Shown piece after piece: positions 38,092-49,077 of a DNA stretch of 64,000 nt. The translations under genes and the position numbers were made by a program. The notes under the pieces were generated by a model. It was given only the letters and a program-made list of their open reading frames with translations, had not been told where the DNA came from and ran no database searches. The stretch covers positions 118,847-182,846 of IMG/VR virus record IMGVR_UViG_3300008117_000025; one strand, written 5' to 3'. This DNA comes from a virus. Positions within the stretch are counted from its first letter, which is position 1; each line of letters opens with the position of its first letter.

Positions 38092-39029
38092 ATTAGTTGT
38101 AGTTTTTTCTCAAGCAAGCTCTGTAAATTCAGAGGTTTTGTTTGCTCAAGAGTGTTAAGGAATTGTTCAAAACCAATTTCATTAGCGTCTTTACCTTCCA
38201 TTTCTACAAGATATACTTCTTTACCGTATGACATAAGCATTTCAGCTTGTTTCAAAGCATCGCGCCTAGCGTCAGCATCTAAAGCAATATAAATTCTATC
38301 AACAGAGGCTTTAACTAATTTTTCCATTAGTTTTCCGTGTATTATTTTTCCAAATAAAGGAATAACATTTCGTTTAATGGTGAGAGCATCAAATATCCCT
38401 TCTACAAGGATAATTGGTGCATCCCAATTTATAAATAATTCCCACCCAATAACATCTTTAGCGGATGCAGGTGGGTTCTTATATTTTTGTAATGATGTTT
38501 CTTTATAGTCACGTGCTATAAAGTAATTTAATTTAGTATCAGCATCGTATGAAGGTATAATAACGCGACCTTCATATTTGCCTTCTTTACAAAAACCAAT
38601 ATTATATTTTATAATGTCATTTTGTGTAAGACCACGTTTTTTAAGGAACTTTAAAGCATGTTTCGCTTCAATTTGTATAATTCTATCTTCAGTTATATTT
38701 GAAAAAGATATAAATTCTTTAGGAAGTTCAAGTATATCTGAAGATACACTAATTTCTTTCTTGTTAGGGACTATTAGAATATTTAATTCAGCAATTTTAT
38801 TTTGTGGTGCTTTAATTTTCTTAAATAGTGAAAGCAACGATTTACCCTTAGCACCACACACCCAACAATGCCAAAAATTCTCACGTTTAGCTGTTGTGCG
38901 CAAGTTAATTTCCATTTTGTTTTTATGGTGTGTGCAAAATGGACACTTAAAGGCATAGTTACCTTTACTTGTAGATTGCCCTTTGCCTAGTACGGATTCC
39001 ACTAAAAATAGAAGCGCTGTATTATCCAT
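38088..39029 (-). CDS. DNA primase (Zn finger + TOPRIM)
   Basis: Motifs CPFCTH...WHCWVC, GRVIIPSY, LVEGIFDA and ALDADA. Confidence 0.9.
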   Translation of the reverse strand: MDNTALLFLVESVLGKGQSTSKGNYAFKCPFCTHHKNKMEINLRTTAKRENFWHCWVCGAKGKSLLSLFKKIKAPQNKIAELNILIVPNKKEISVSSDILELPKEFISFSNITEDRIIQIEAKHALKFLKKRGLTQNDIIKYNIGFCKEGKYEGRVIIPSYDADTKLNYFIARDYKETSLQKYKNPPASAKDVIGWELFINWDAPIILVEGIFDALTIKRNVIPLFGKIIHGKLMEKLVKASVDRIYIALDADARRDALKQAEMLMSYGKEVYLVEMEGKDANEIGFEQFLNTLEQTKPLNLQSLLEKKLQLI

Positions 39030-39034
39030 AACCT

Positions 39035-39042
39035 CAAATATA
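39035..39042 (-). promoter_or_regulatory. Bacteroidota -7 promoter element for the primase gene
   Basis: TATATTTG matches the TAnnTTTG consensus, 5 nt before the ATG. Confidence 0.6.
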
Positions 39043-39056
39043 CGAAATAACTTTGC

Positions 39057-39488
39057 CTACAACAAGTCTTTAGTAAAGAATTTACCTAGTATATTATCAT
39101 TGTATGATCTGTCCTTTCCAATCAGAACTTCTTCTTTACACTGGAAATGCATTTCGTAATATGTTAATGCTTTTTTAGTTTTGCATTGTATTAGGATCCA
39201 ACGATCAAAATTTTCCTCGCCATATTCCTTAATATCAGTAAGTAATTGTTTATTAGACCCCCAATATTTTTGCCAATCGCTTTCAGTACGAATTATTTCG
39301 TGAGTTGGTTTGCGACCTGGGCCAGTTTGTTCAGCAAGTTGTTTTTTAGTGAGTTTGTGTTTTTTATTATTCCAAAACACTTTTTTACCAATATAAAATT
39401 TACCTGTTTTTAAATTGGTAATTTTATAAACAAAACCATAATATTTTTCGGGATTAGGTATATCCCAACTTTTCCACTTGTGTATCAT
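39057..39488 (-). CDS. GIY-YIG endonuclease (Seg-like)
   Basis: Motifs GFVYKITNLKTGKFYIGKK, YWGSN and YNDNI. Confidence 0.8.
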   Translation of the reverse strand: MIHKWKSWDIPNPEKYYGFVYKITNLKTGKFYIGKKVFWNNKKHKLTKKQLAEQTGPGRKPTHEIIRTESDWQKYWGSNKQLLTDIKEYGEENFDRWILIQCKTKKALTYYEMHFQCKEEVLIGKDRSYNDNILGKFFTKDLL

Positions 39489-39859
39489 ATTTCAACTATC
39501 CAAATAGATGGATCTATTCCTTTATTTATTAATCCTGACAGTCTGGTATTTCCAGCTAACAGATCATAGTCTTGATCATTAAATTTTACTGCTATAGGTA
39601 TTTCTACTTTATTTTGATAAAATGATTTATTAAATCTATCTTTTTTAGGTTCTTCTAATTTGTTAAAATTTAAATCTATATTACCTAATACATCTTTAAT
39701 TTTAGAATATTTTATAATGTATCCTTGATTAGCTATTTTTTTCCATTCCTCCTTTCCCATTTTTTTAAGTTCTGGATATCTGATAGCTTCTTCCCACTCA
39801 ATGTCGAAATTGGGTTTAGTGTATTTTATTTCTTTTAAAAGATTTAATAGCTTAATCAT
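39485..39859 (-). CDS. Tagged ParB/Srx-like domain protein
   Basis: MIKLLNLLKE start; IPIAV...DLLAGNTRL. Confidence 0.55.
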   Translation of the reverse strand: MIKLLNLLKEIKYTKPNFDIEWEEAIRYPELKKMGKEEWKKIANQGYIIKYSKIKDVLGNIDLNFNKLEEPKKDRFNKSFYQNKVEIPIAVKFNDQDYDLLAGNTRLSGLINKGIDPSIWIVEI

Positions 39860-40791
39860 TAGGTGTCATATTTCACAACAAAAGTCATATCAGTATCAGG
39901 AGACATTAACATGGGTTTACCAAATTTAGCTACAGCTAATAATTCATTATTGTCATTGTATAGTCCTAAAGTAGTAGCGTAGGTGTAAAAATCAGAGCCA
40001 GTAGCAAAATTTCTTAAAATACTACCTGTATAACTACCAGTTATGAGTGATGGGTTATAAGATAAGTTATAATCACTTTCTTTTACTAAACAACGAACTT
40101 CATTTTCATAAATGATATGTTCATTTTTAAAAGATATTTGCCAATTATCTGTTTCAGGGGCTGTTGATAGATCTTGATTTGTTATAACAGCTATTCCTTG
40201 AGCATAAAATATATTTCCTATATAATTTTCAGGGGTTATTACGTTTTCTGCAAAGTAACCTTCGTAATCAAAATAGTTAATATTAATATATCTATCTGTT
40301 TCTCCTTGTAAGTCTATAAGATTACCATATCCATCATCAACAATAAAGTAAACAGAAGAAGACATAATAAAGGTAGTAGGTAATATTTTACTACCGTATA
40401 CATCTTGATTAACAGATATTACTTGAATAGTTTCATTTATTCCTGTTGGATAATTCCTAATTAATTCTTTTTTATCATTATATATAAAATAAGAAGCAGT
40501 CGGGCGTTGTTGAGAAGCAGACTCGTAATATATTGAATTTGCTAATGAAGATGTATTTAGAGAAGAAGTATAAGTTTGATAATATAACTGATTTATCTGG
40601 GAGTATATTAGTCTTTGATATTGGTCATCAGTAGTAGTGGCTTCACCTGTTGAAAAGGTTCCAACAATGTTAGCACCTTGATATATTTTTAAATAACTAG
40701 AAAAAGAAGAAGAAGGAACAGCCCACTGCTTATTAGCAGAATATTGTACAACTGAAACGTCTGATTTGCTTAACTTTTTGAATGAAGACAT
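39859..40791 (-). CDS. Baseplate/tail structural protein
   Basis: C-terminal TLGLYNDNNELLAVAKFGKP, shared with the neighbouring gene. Confidence 0.6.
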   Translation of the reverse strand: MSSFKKLSKSDVSVVQYSANKQWAVPSSSFSSYLKIYQGANIVGTFSTGEATTTDDQYQRLIYSQINQLYYQTYTSSLNTSSLANSIYYESASQQRPTASYFIYNDKKELIRNYPTGINETIQVISVNQDVYGSKILPTTFIMSSSVYFIVDDGYGNLIDLQGETDRYININYFDYEGYFAENVITPENYIGNIFYAQGIAVITNQDLSTAPETDNWQISFKNEHIIYENEVRCLVKESDYNLSYNPSLITGSYTGSILRNFATGSDFYTYATTLGLYNDNNELLAVAKFGKPMLMSPDTDMTFVVKYDT

Positions 40792-40794
40792 GCA

Positions 40795-41790
40795 TTAATA
40801 ATCTAATTTGATTCTAATTAAAGCTTCTTTTGTAAAGTCTTTTGTTAATGGTCTACTTAATTTTGCTACCGCTAATAATTCATTATTATCATTATACATA
40901 CCTACTGATGTAACATATGTTTGTGGATTATTAATTAAAGTAGTATATAACAAATTACCATTATCATCTATAATAGATGGATTTGTAGTATAGTTATATT
41001 CACTATTTTTTACACGTGTAAAGAAATAAGTTGAAGATACTGTTTCTTCTGATTGTAGTTTGAATAAGGAACCACTAACTATAGATTTATATAATACTAA
41101 GCCGTTATTAGCAGCAGAAGCTGTTATTTGACTTACATTTACAGAAGAGGTAAGATATGGGAGGAGAGAAGTTGATGATCCGGAGGTTGCATTTAATATA
41201 ATTATATTAAGATCAGGAAACATCATTCCATAATAAGAAGAAGTAGCAGAAGATAAAGGTACACCAGCTGTACTTCCACTTATAATATAAAATACTCTGT
41301 TTTCTCCTATGTAACGAGTTAAGTTTGTAGTAGTACTATCATCTACTAATGTAATAGTATTAATAACACTAGCACTAGGAACAGATAAACTCAAAACAAA
41401 AGACCCAGGTAATAAAGATTCTTTATAACGAGCACGAGCTACATTAAGTATGTAAATTTGATTTGCTGTTGTACTGCCGTCAAAGCTAAAATTAGTTACC
41501 TCAGTTCCATAAACCAAATTTCTATATTCGCCATATACAACACGAGAAGGTGTAAGTCCAGGAACATTAGGGTTAATTAACGCAGACCCAGATCCTTGTA
41601 AATTACCATATTGAATAGCAAATTGAAGAGAAGAAGTAGCAGTAGTATCGTATACATCTAGGTAATATTCTGTATAGGTACTAGATGTATAAAAAGAAGA
41701 CAATTGATTATTATCTCCTCCCCATAACCCACGTACTACTGTTTCAGAGCTTACTACTTGATCGTCTGTATTATATCTTGAAAATGACAT
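40795..41790 (-). CDS. Baseplate/tail structural protein, paralog of 39859-40791
   Basis: C-terminal SVGMYNDNNELLAVAKLSRP; Ser/Thr-rich. Confidence 0.6.
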   Translation of the reverse strand: MSFSRYNTDDQVVSSETVVRGLWGGDNNQLSSFYTSSTYTEYYLDVYDTTATSSLQFAIQYGNLQGSGSALINPNVPGLTPSRVVYGEYRNLVYGTEVTNFSFDGSTTANQIYILNVARARYKESLLPGSFVLSLSVPSASVINTITLVDDSTTTNLTRYIGENRVFYIISGSTAGVPLSSATSSYYGMMFPDLNIIILNATSGSSTSLLPYLTSSVNVSQITASAANNGLVLYKSIVSGSLFKLQSEETVSSTYFFTRVKNSEYNYTTNPSIIDDNGNLLYTTLINNPQTYVTSVGMYNDNNELLAVAKLSRPLTKDFTKEALIRIKLDY

Positions 41791-41803
41791 AGTTTATATT
41801 ATA

Positions 41804-42466
41804 TTAGTTTGTTGATACCTTTAAGATACTAAGAGGAATAGTAATTCTTGCTCCACTATCTCTACCAATTACTGTAATTGTAGTAGCTAATTGGGTTAAA
41901 CTAGATCCAAATAAAGTATTAATTGTAGTACCTGTAATTGTAAACGAAGTACCAACTTGAGTTACTGATAGTACAGTTCCTGTAGTTGTATTTAAACCTT
42001 GAATAGGAGTTGTAGTTGTAATGCCAGTTCCAGTAAATGTAGATACTAAGCGAGAATCAGCAATAGTAGCAACGTATCCATTGGCTTCAAATGTACTTGT
42101 AGCACCTAAATAGTTAAGTGTTTGTGGAGTAATTGTAAGTGAAGCACCTTGTTTAAGTGAAATACTGTTGTATCCAAGATTAATTACTGGTAGTTTAGAA
42201 GTTCCACGGGGTAAAGTTACAAGTTTGTAACGCATAATTTGTGAATCATCAGGAAAAGCTTCTAATACCGGTGTGTTTTCGATTGCTTCACCATAAAATG
42301 CAGATCCAGATGGATGGGTTGGGTTATATAAGGTATAATCGATTTCATCATCAGCTAATGCAAATTGTGTAATTTTGAATGAACCATCGTTACGAGCCAA
42401 TAATTCACGCCCTTTTTTAGTTAGTATTGCATCTACAGTAATTGTTGTAGGATTTAAAATTGCCAT
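41804..42466 (-). CDS. Baseplate/tail structural protein
   Basis: LTKKGRELLA...ITQFALADDEIDY resembles tail-collar-like N-termini; Thr-rich. Confidence 0.55.
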   Translation of the reverse strand: MAILNPTTITVDAILTKKGRELLARNDGSFKITQFALADDEIDYTLYNPTHPSGSAFYGEAIENTPVLEAFPDDSQIMRYKLVTLPRGTSKLPVINLGYNSISLKQGASLTITPQTLNYLGATSTFEANGYVATIADSRLVSTFTGTGITTTTPIQGLNTTTGTVLSVTQVGTSFTITGTTINTLFGSSLTQLATTITVIGRDSGARITIPLSILKVSTN

Positions 42467-42509
42467 ATTCGTTTATTGTATATATTATAAATATATTAAA
42501 AATTTAAGT

Positions 42510-45500
42510 TTATGCTGTAGTTCCTTGTTGATCAGCTAATAACTTTTGTTTTACTTCTTTAGTAATTGTATCAATATTATCTAAAAAATCAGTAGCTATA
42601 TTTGAAGGTATTGTAAAACCATAAGATGTTTTTCCTGGTCTTTTTCTAAATACTAAGTGAGCATTTGTTTCGTCTTCAACACGTTTTAATATTAAAAAAC
42701 GCTGATATGATCCTGATTGTAAATTTGAAATATATAAATTAGACATCTGGGTATTTATATGTAGCTGTAAAAAACTAGATGAATAGGATGAACTTAATAT
42801 TCTAGATTCAACATAAGTATTGTCTGATAGAAATGTAATTATAATATCATAAGGTTTAATCGAAAAGGGATAATCAACATCTCCATAATTAGCACTTCCA
42901 CTATATAGGCTATTTATAGACCCAGTTAATGGATTAGGAATAAATTGATAATTTCTATCATAAAAATTACTTATACCTGAATTAAAAGTAATTATGTTTC
43001 TGCTGCCAGTAGCTACAGATGCAGATATTGATGAAGAATTAAAATACTGACAGGTTGTTGATGCATATCCTGTAGAAACTGATAATGAACTTATAATTAG
43101 ATTTCCTGCTGTTAATGAAGCAGTAAAGTTAGCATTACTAGAAGAAATATTAAATATAAAAGATAATTTATCTCCTGCTGTTAATCCACTTATAGGGAAG
43201 GTAATAGGTCTATTTATATCAAATACTGTAGAATCAGAATTAAGAAGTGATGATTCAGGGCTGAATATATAGTATAATCCATCAGTATTAATATTATATT
43301 GCCATATTTGTGTAGGGTCAGTACATGTTGTATACGTTGATCCGTAACTAGAAACAAGAGAATAGTATTCATTAGGATATCTACCATCTACTGTACAAGT
43401 AGGATCACCTATAGATGAACTATATATTGCCTGGTTATATTTATAGATTGTTTCTCCGGCAAGTTTAGTGGTTCCTCCTATAAGAATATCTCTTCCTAAA
43501 ACTATTGGTGTTGATGTTAAAGTAGGGGGACTACCTCCCTGGTTAAAGCCCGGATAGCTATAAGCAGCAGGGCCTAAAATAGAAGCTGTATTGAGAGTAG
43601 GATCTGTTATTAAATCAAGATTATGAGTATCTCGAAGTATTTCAGTTCCATTTTTAAAAAGTATTAAAGATCCAGTTAAGTAAGTAGTTCCTCCTACTAC
43701 ACTTGCAGACACAGCAAATGAAGCTTGTACCCTATAATCACCAGATTCTTGTACAGAATAAGTAGGAGGAGCAGATATAGTTCCGGGAGTAAATATATTA
43801 CTATCATCTGTAATTTCTGTATTGAATATATTTAGTATATTATTACTAGTAATTGGATATCCAGGACTAGTCGATCCACTAATTGTTAGGGGAAGAGTAC
43901 CATTAAAGGCATCTATTTGATAACTATTAGCTCCTTCTAAATTTTCAAAATATATTTTAGGATCAACACTACAACTACTAAAATATAAAATTGGATAATA
44001 GGAATATCCACTATCGAATATTAATTTATCTCCATCTGTTGTTTTTTGATTACCATATTTTTGATTATCAAATTGGGATATGTTTAAATAACCCCCAGCA
44101 ATAAAAATTCTTTGAACCTCTTCCCAGTGTTTGTTACGTTGATTTAACTCTGTTAATCCACCCTTATCATCTACAAGATACTTTAAAGATATTCTATTAC
44201 GTCCTGGGAGAAAAGATGAAGATACTATTTCAGTAAATAGTCCAAGCTTTCTTGTGTTTTTATTTATAGTAGGTTCTTTACCAAATGATATATCTCCGGC
44301 GTAAGTTGAAGAAGCACTACTATAATTATTATATTTTAAGCTAGATATTTTTACTCCTTCATAGCGTGAAAGTTGATGTGATTTTAAAGACTCGTATGAA
44401 TCCTGTAATTCGGCATAATAACTAGCTGAATATCCTGCTAATCTAAGGGGGCTATTTTTTATATAGATTGCTTCTAATGATTTGCGATTAGTCGATAATC
44501 TGCTAGAAGAAACATTATTAAATAATACATTAAAATCTGAATGAGCAAATATATTTAGGTCTATACTAGATGTAGGAAGTAAATATGGATTAAAATTAAC
44601 CTCATCAAAAATATCACTATAATCAACAACATCACCTTCAAATTCACCTGTATAGTAGGCTGCTCTACTTCCTGTTAAGTGTTGGTATATGTCTGTATAT
44701 TCGGTTCCAATAGTTGGTCCTTCAATAGTACCTTCATTTACTTCTATTTTAGAAGTAGAAGATGGATTAGCATATGCAAATTTATTTCTTTCTAAAACAG
44801 GAGAGTTAATAGTAATACCAGTTGAAAGATTTGCTCTTACAGGAACAAAATCTTTTAGCATTTTAAATAATGAATTATCAAAAAACTGGATTAGACGGAT
44901 AAACCCAGCATAATCCATATATGATGGATTAAAATTGTAGTATGTGTTTCTATCTATATCTAATTCATTATAAGATCCACTATACAAATAACCAGGATCT
45001 CCAATAATATTATCTAAACTCCAATTAGGTTCTGCTATAGCTATTGAAGCAGAAGCATAAGTATCAATTTGAGTTTCGGGAGAAAATGAAACATCAACGT
45101 AGTGATAATCTGTGTTTCTAGGTTGAGATATAGTAGGGTTTGATTGTAAATTAACAAAAGGAGATAAAATACTACCCGATGCTATACTATTAGTAACTAT
45201 TCTTATTTTATCATTATTATACTCATCCAGCATGTTTGCTTTGAGATCACCACCATATTCTTTAACATTTAATATGCTACTAGTAATACCAAAAGTAGAT
45301 ATCAATGTTTGTAAGCCATAAGTTGTACCTTTAGTTTTTAATAATAAAGGTAAATTATGATAAATACGTTTATAAGTTTCTGCGAGTAAATCTTTACGTG
45401 GTATATTATTTAAATAAGAACCTGTAGGGGTAAAATTATTATCAAAATTAACACTACCACTATCTTGTCCAACTAAAAATAAATCAGTTTCGGAATCACC

Positions 45501-46976
45501 ATATTTGTTATATAATTTAGTTCCTAATGATTGTAAAACAGTATAAACTAAATCCTTAGAAATTCCTTGCTCTAAATTATTATTAGCTAAATTAATATCA
45601 GTAATAGCATCTAAGTAAATCCAAATATTATCAAAATAATGACCAACCATATTAACAAAAGTAAAATATGGTGTGTTGCTATCATCATCTTTTATAAAAG
45701 TAGGAAGAGTATATATTAAATTATTTTGATTAAAATCATCATAATCATCAGCACTCGCTGTTAAATAATTAAACCAAAGAGAAGATGAAGTTGACCCAGT
45801 TGAATATAAAACAAAGGGTTTTAAAGAACCAGATTTAGGATAAGGAACAACTCCAAATTCAATAGAAGAAGTAAGAGACGAACCACTTTCAAAATATAAA
45901 TAATATTCAAATCCATCAAAATTACCAATAATATTGTTTATACTAGCAGTAGCTACATTAATATCATTAATTAAATTGGGTCTACTAGAAGTTAAAGGAG
46001 TATAAATAGATATATTGTTTGTATAATCTTCTATTTCTTTTACTTTATTATAAAAATTTATTACTCTTTGCTTTGCAGAACTAAAAAATACAAACCTAGT
46101 AAAATTAGTATAATCTGTATTAATGTCAATACTCTGAGAGGTGACTAGACTTAGAAGTTGACGGTATGAAGAGGATACATTTTGAAGATTACCTATCAAA
46201 CCACTATATGTTTGATATGAAGTGGCTATGTTATTTTGATTAGGAATATCAATATCAAAATTAGGACCCCTTAATTGAGGACCAGGAGCAGTAATAATTA
46301 ATTTATCTAAATTAATATCAAAAACATATGGGTTAACTTTTTCTTTTACAACCCATAAAGTTGATTTATCTTCAATTGTGTCAGGGAGAGGTTGATATAA
46401 TTTAAATAAAATCTCATAACCAGAATCTATTTTATTAAGAGCAACATTTACTGCTACTACCTGTTCATTATTACCAAAATTGATAAGATAATCAACAAAA
46501 TAAGCAGAACCAGTATAAGCATTTATAAGAGATAGAGCGGCAGTTTCAATCTCTTTATTTGTTAGTACAGTAGATCCTACTCTTATCTCAGTTCTATCTG
46601 ATGATATTTCTTTTAAAAATAGTTCTGCGTTTGGATCTGAAACCTGATTGTTAAAAAAATTATATTGGACTATAAATTCTCCTGATGAATAGCCTAGATT
46701 TTGTAAATCTTTAACAGGGTCTATTTCAATAATAGGTAAAGTTCCACCTATGGGGTTAACATATGATGTAGAAGGGGATTTAAAATCTTTATAACTATAA
46801 TTAATATTTAAAAGATTATTTCCTGCATCATAAACAAAATATTCAATATAATCATTTTGTTGGCCAAAATCTTCTTTTAATAACTGAGGAGAAAGTAAAT
46901 TAATATCAGCGTCATCATAGCGAGACACCTGTTGTGTATTTAAAATTTCACCTACTATTTTAATATTATCTGCCAT
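42510..46976 (-). CDS. Large baseplate wedge-like structural protein
   Basis: 1488 aa; LPLLLKTKGTTYGLQTLISTFG resembles the P2 gpI / T4 gp7-type motif; baseplate context. Confidence 0.6.
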   Translation of the reverse strand: MADNIKIVGEILNTQQVSRYDDADINLLSPQLLKEDFGQQNDYIEYFVYDAGNNLLNINYSYKDFKSPSTSYVNPIGGTLPIIEIDPVKDLQNLGYSSGEFIVQYNFFNNQVSDPNAELFLKEISSDRTEIRVGSTVLTNKEIETAALSLINAYTGSAYFVDYLINFGNNEQVVAVNVALNKIDSGYEILFKLYQPLPDTIEDKSTLWVVKEKVNPYVFDINLDKLIITAPGPQLRGPNFDIDIPNQNNIATSYQTYSGLIGNLQNVSSSYRQLLSLVTSQSIDINTDYTNFTRFVFFSSAKQRVINFYNKVKEIEDYTNNISIYTPLTSSRPNLINDINVATASINNIIGNFDGFEYYLYFESGSSLTSSIEFGVVPYPKSGSLKPFVLYSTGSTSSSLWFNYLTASADDYDDFNQNNLIYTLPTFIKDDDSNTPYFTFVNMVGHYFDNIWIYLDAITDINLANNNLEQGISKDLVYTVLQSLGTKLYNKYGDSETDLFLVGQDSGSVNFDNNFTPTGSYLNNIPRKDLLAETYKRIYHNLPLLLKTKGTTYGLQTLISTFGITSSILNVKEYGGDLKANMLDEYNNDKIRIVTNSIASGSILSPFVNLQSNPTISQPRNTDYHYVDVSFSPETQIDTYASASIAIAEPNWSLDNIIGDPGYLYSGSYNELDIDRNTYYNFNPSYMDYAGFIRLIQFFDNSLFKMLKDFVPVRANLSTGITINSPVLERNKFAYANPSSTSKIEVNEGTIEGPTIGTEYTDIYQHLTGSRAAYYTGEFEGDVVDYSDIFDEVNFNPYLLPTSSIDLNIFAHSDFNVLFNNVSSSRLSTNRKSLEAIYIKNSPLRLAGYSASYYAELQDSYESLKSHQLSRYEGVKISSLKYNNYSSASSTYAGDISFGKEPTINKNTRKLGLFTEIVSSSFLPGRNRISLKYLVDDKGGLTELNQRNKHWEEVQRIFIAGGYLNISQFDNQKYGNQKTTDGDKLIFDSGYSYYPILYFSSCSVDPKIYFENLEGANSYQIDAFNGTLPLTISGSTSPGYPITSNNILNIFNTEITDDSNIFTPGTISAPPTYSVQESGDYRVQASFAVSASVVGGTTYLTGSLILFKNGTEILRDTHNLDLITDPTLNTASILGPAAYSYPGFNQGGSPPTLTSTPIVLGRDILIGGTTKLAGETIYKYNQAIYSSSIGDPTCTVDGRYPNEYYSLVSSYGSTYTTCTDPTQIWQYNINTDGLYYIFSPESSLLNSDSTVFDINRPITFPISGLTAGDKLSFIFNISSSNANFTASLTAGNLIISSLSVSTGYASTTCQYFNSSSISASVATGSRNIITFNSGISNFYDRNYQFIPNPLTGSINSLYSGSANYGDVDYPFSIKPYDIIITFLSDNTYVESRILSSSYSSSFLQLHINTQMSNLYISNLQSGSYQRFLILKRVEDETNAHLVFRKRPGKTSYGFTIPSNIATDFLDNIDTITKEVKQKLLADQQGTTA

Positions 46977-46978
46977 TA

Positions 46979-47308
46979 TTATTTAGTCAAATCGTTTATT
47001 GTAGTTTGAGCATCTAATATTTGTTGTCTTAATGATGTAATCTCATCTAATAATGCTTGTACATCATCTTGACTAATACTAATACCTAAGTAATCTGCTT
47101 CTCTTTGTAAAATATATCGATGCGAATTTGTATCTCCTTCTCTAGGAATTTGATAAAATAATTGATCATAAAGTTCAAAAAAATCATCAACAGTAAAAGA
47201 TAATTGTTCTTCTCCATCTTGAGTAATCAATTGACGAAATTGAGTATCAATTACTCTTCCATAGGTATCCTTACTAAATACAGTTTTTTGTATTGGAATT
47301 TGGGACAT
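46979..47308 (-). CDS. Hypothetical baseplate-region protein
   Basis: ORF track, tightly packed with neighbours. Confidence 0.65.
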   Translation of the reverse strand: MSQIPIQKTVFSKDTYGRVIDTQFRQLITQDGEEQLSFTVDDFFELYDQLFYQIPREGDTNSHRYILQREADYLGISISQDDVQALLDEITSLRQQILDAQTTINDLTK

Positions 47309-48411
47309 TATCTTATAACTTTAAAAATATAATCTTTATCAGATATTACTATTTCTTTACCTGCTACTACTGTTTTAATTAATAATTTATAATAACGTTC
47401 CGGTTCTAATCCATTCATATAAACATCAAAATAATTACCATTTGGATCACAACTTATTTTAGTGTAGCTTGTATCGTAATCTACGACAATTTCTTCAGTA
47501 TCCAAATCTTTTATTGACCAGTATGAAGAAGAAGGTAATGCTTTTGAATTAGCATAACTAATAGATGTTCTAAATGCTACAGAAGGATATTGATCTCTAA
47601 CATTTACTCTAAAACGTTGAACTGAGTCTTGTTGAAATTCTGCTTTATTGTTGCCTAAAGTAAGAGCAAATACACTTGAGGTTATTGCGGTTAAAGAACC
47701 TGTATTATATACTGAATCATCCCATCTAAATTCAAGAGAAGGAGGGTATATAGTGTGGGTGGTTCCTGAAAAATATTTTAATTCAAGTTTAGGGGCATCT
47801 GTAAATTCTAAAGAGGAAGAATGTTTAAGTATAAGGCCATAGTTTTCAAAAGTATTATCACTATACCATATATCTACAATATCCGTTACTTTAATTTCAA
47901 TATCTTTTGATGATATGTTATTAAATGATTGGCTAGATTGAAGGAAGGAATAATCCCACCATGTTCCTCCTCCTACGGCTCCATCGGGACTATATGACCC
48001 CGTTTGGGCAGACTCAAATGTAGTATCTGTCCAAACATTACCATTTAATTGGTCGGTATAAATCCAACTTACTCCATCAGTTGTAATAGGACTATTTCCT
48101 AATCTTCCGGATCCTACATTCCAATCTTGTGTTAAAGTATAACAAAATAAAGTATAATCTAAAGGTAGTTCAGAAGCTTGTGCTAAATATAATTTTAAAT
48201 AGGCATCATATGTAGCTCCAACTATCTTATTATCTATAATATCATTTATTTGATCTAATGAAAATTTAATAAGAGGGCGAGAAACTTCATTAGTGCCTGT
48301 TATAGATTTATATGTACTTAAATCTAATATTTCATCCTGCCCTGAATTGAGGGTGGAATAATACGAGTAAATAGTGGCACTCTTTTCAGGAAATAATTTA
48401 TAAACAGCCAT
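47308..48411 (-). CDS. Structural beta-rich protein of the baseplate region
   Basis: 367-aa ORF; motifs NYGLILK and TIYPPSLEFRWDD. Confidence 0.55.
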   Translation of the reverse strand: MAVYKLFPEKSATIYSYYSTLNSGQDEILDLSTYKSITGTNEVSRPLIKFSLDQINDIIDNKIVGATYDAYLKLYLAQASELPLDYTLFCYTLTQDWNVGSGRLGNSPITTDGVSWIYTDQLNGNVWTDTTFESAQTGSYSPDGAVGGGTWWDYSFLQSSQSFNNISSKDIEIKVTDIVDIWYSDNTFENYGLILKHSSSLEFTDAPKLELKYFSGTTHTIYPPSLEFRWDDSVYNTGSLTAITSSVFALTLGNNKAEFQQDSVQRFRVNVRDQYPSVAFRTSISYANSKALPSSSYWSIKDLDTEEIVVDYDTSYTKISCDPNGNYFDVYMNGLEPERYYKLLIKTVVAGKEIVISDKDYIFKVIR

Positions 48412-48455
48412 AATTAGTAATTACTACATATAAATATAGTAACTATCAAGCTGTG

Positions 48456-49055
48456 CTATGTAAGCAATGCGTAGTATTCTTTAAAATGTTTAAGGCGGTC
48501 AGGTAAACCAATAGTACCGCCATTAACACGTTTAGTAACTTCAGTTACAACAGCATCAGTAGCACCCTTATCAGCAATTTTATGTAAGTTATTTTTATGA
48601 AAAAACCAGGCAGCAGATAATAATGGATATTTAGCAGCAACTAAATCAGGATTAGCTATAATATCTTCGTTAATAGCTTTACCAAATGCTGTATAATTAT
48701 CTTTACCGGTCAATTGAATATACCCACGACCACGGAATTTATACCCTTCACCAGAGGCTTCAGGACCATTACCCATTCTCCCACCATAAACTAAATTAGC
48801 TATTTTTTCTGGTTTGCGTTCGTATAAGGCGGCTTTATCGGGAGTTGGGAAATATTTTTTAAATATACTTAATAAACCTTTAGCTCCGTAATTTAAATTT
48901 TCATTTACTAATTTAAAACCACCAGATTCATGTCCAGCTTGAGCTAAAAAATGGGCTAAGCGCAATGGAGTATTTAATTCAAATTTTGCAATTGTAGATG
49001 GTAGCTGCTCAATTACAGCATCAGGAATGTGTCCTTTTAGTTTGTCTAGGTTCAT
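48456..49055 (-). CDS. Glycoside hydrolase family 19 endolysin
   Basis: Motifs LAHFLAQAGHESGGF, FRGRGYIQLTGKDNY, SAAWFF and VTKRVNGG. Confidence 0.92.
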   Translation of the reverse strand: MNLDKLKGHIPDAVIEQLPSTIAKFELNTPLRLAHFLAQAGHESGGFKLVNENLNYGAKGLLSIFKKYFPTPDKAALYERKPEKIANLVYGGRMGNGPEASGEGYKFRGRGYIQLTGKDNYTAFGKAINEDIIANPDLVAAKYPLLSAAWFFHKNNLHKIADKGATDAVVTEVTKRVNGGTIGLPDRLKHFKEYYALLT

Positions 49056-49077
49056 AATTAGTGGTTTTTAATAAATA

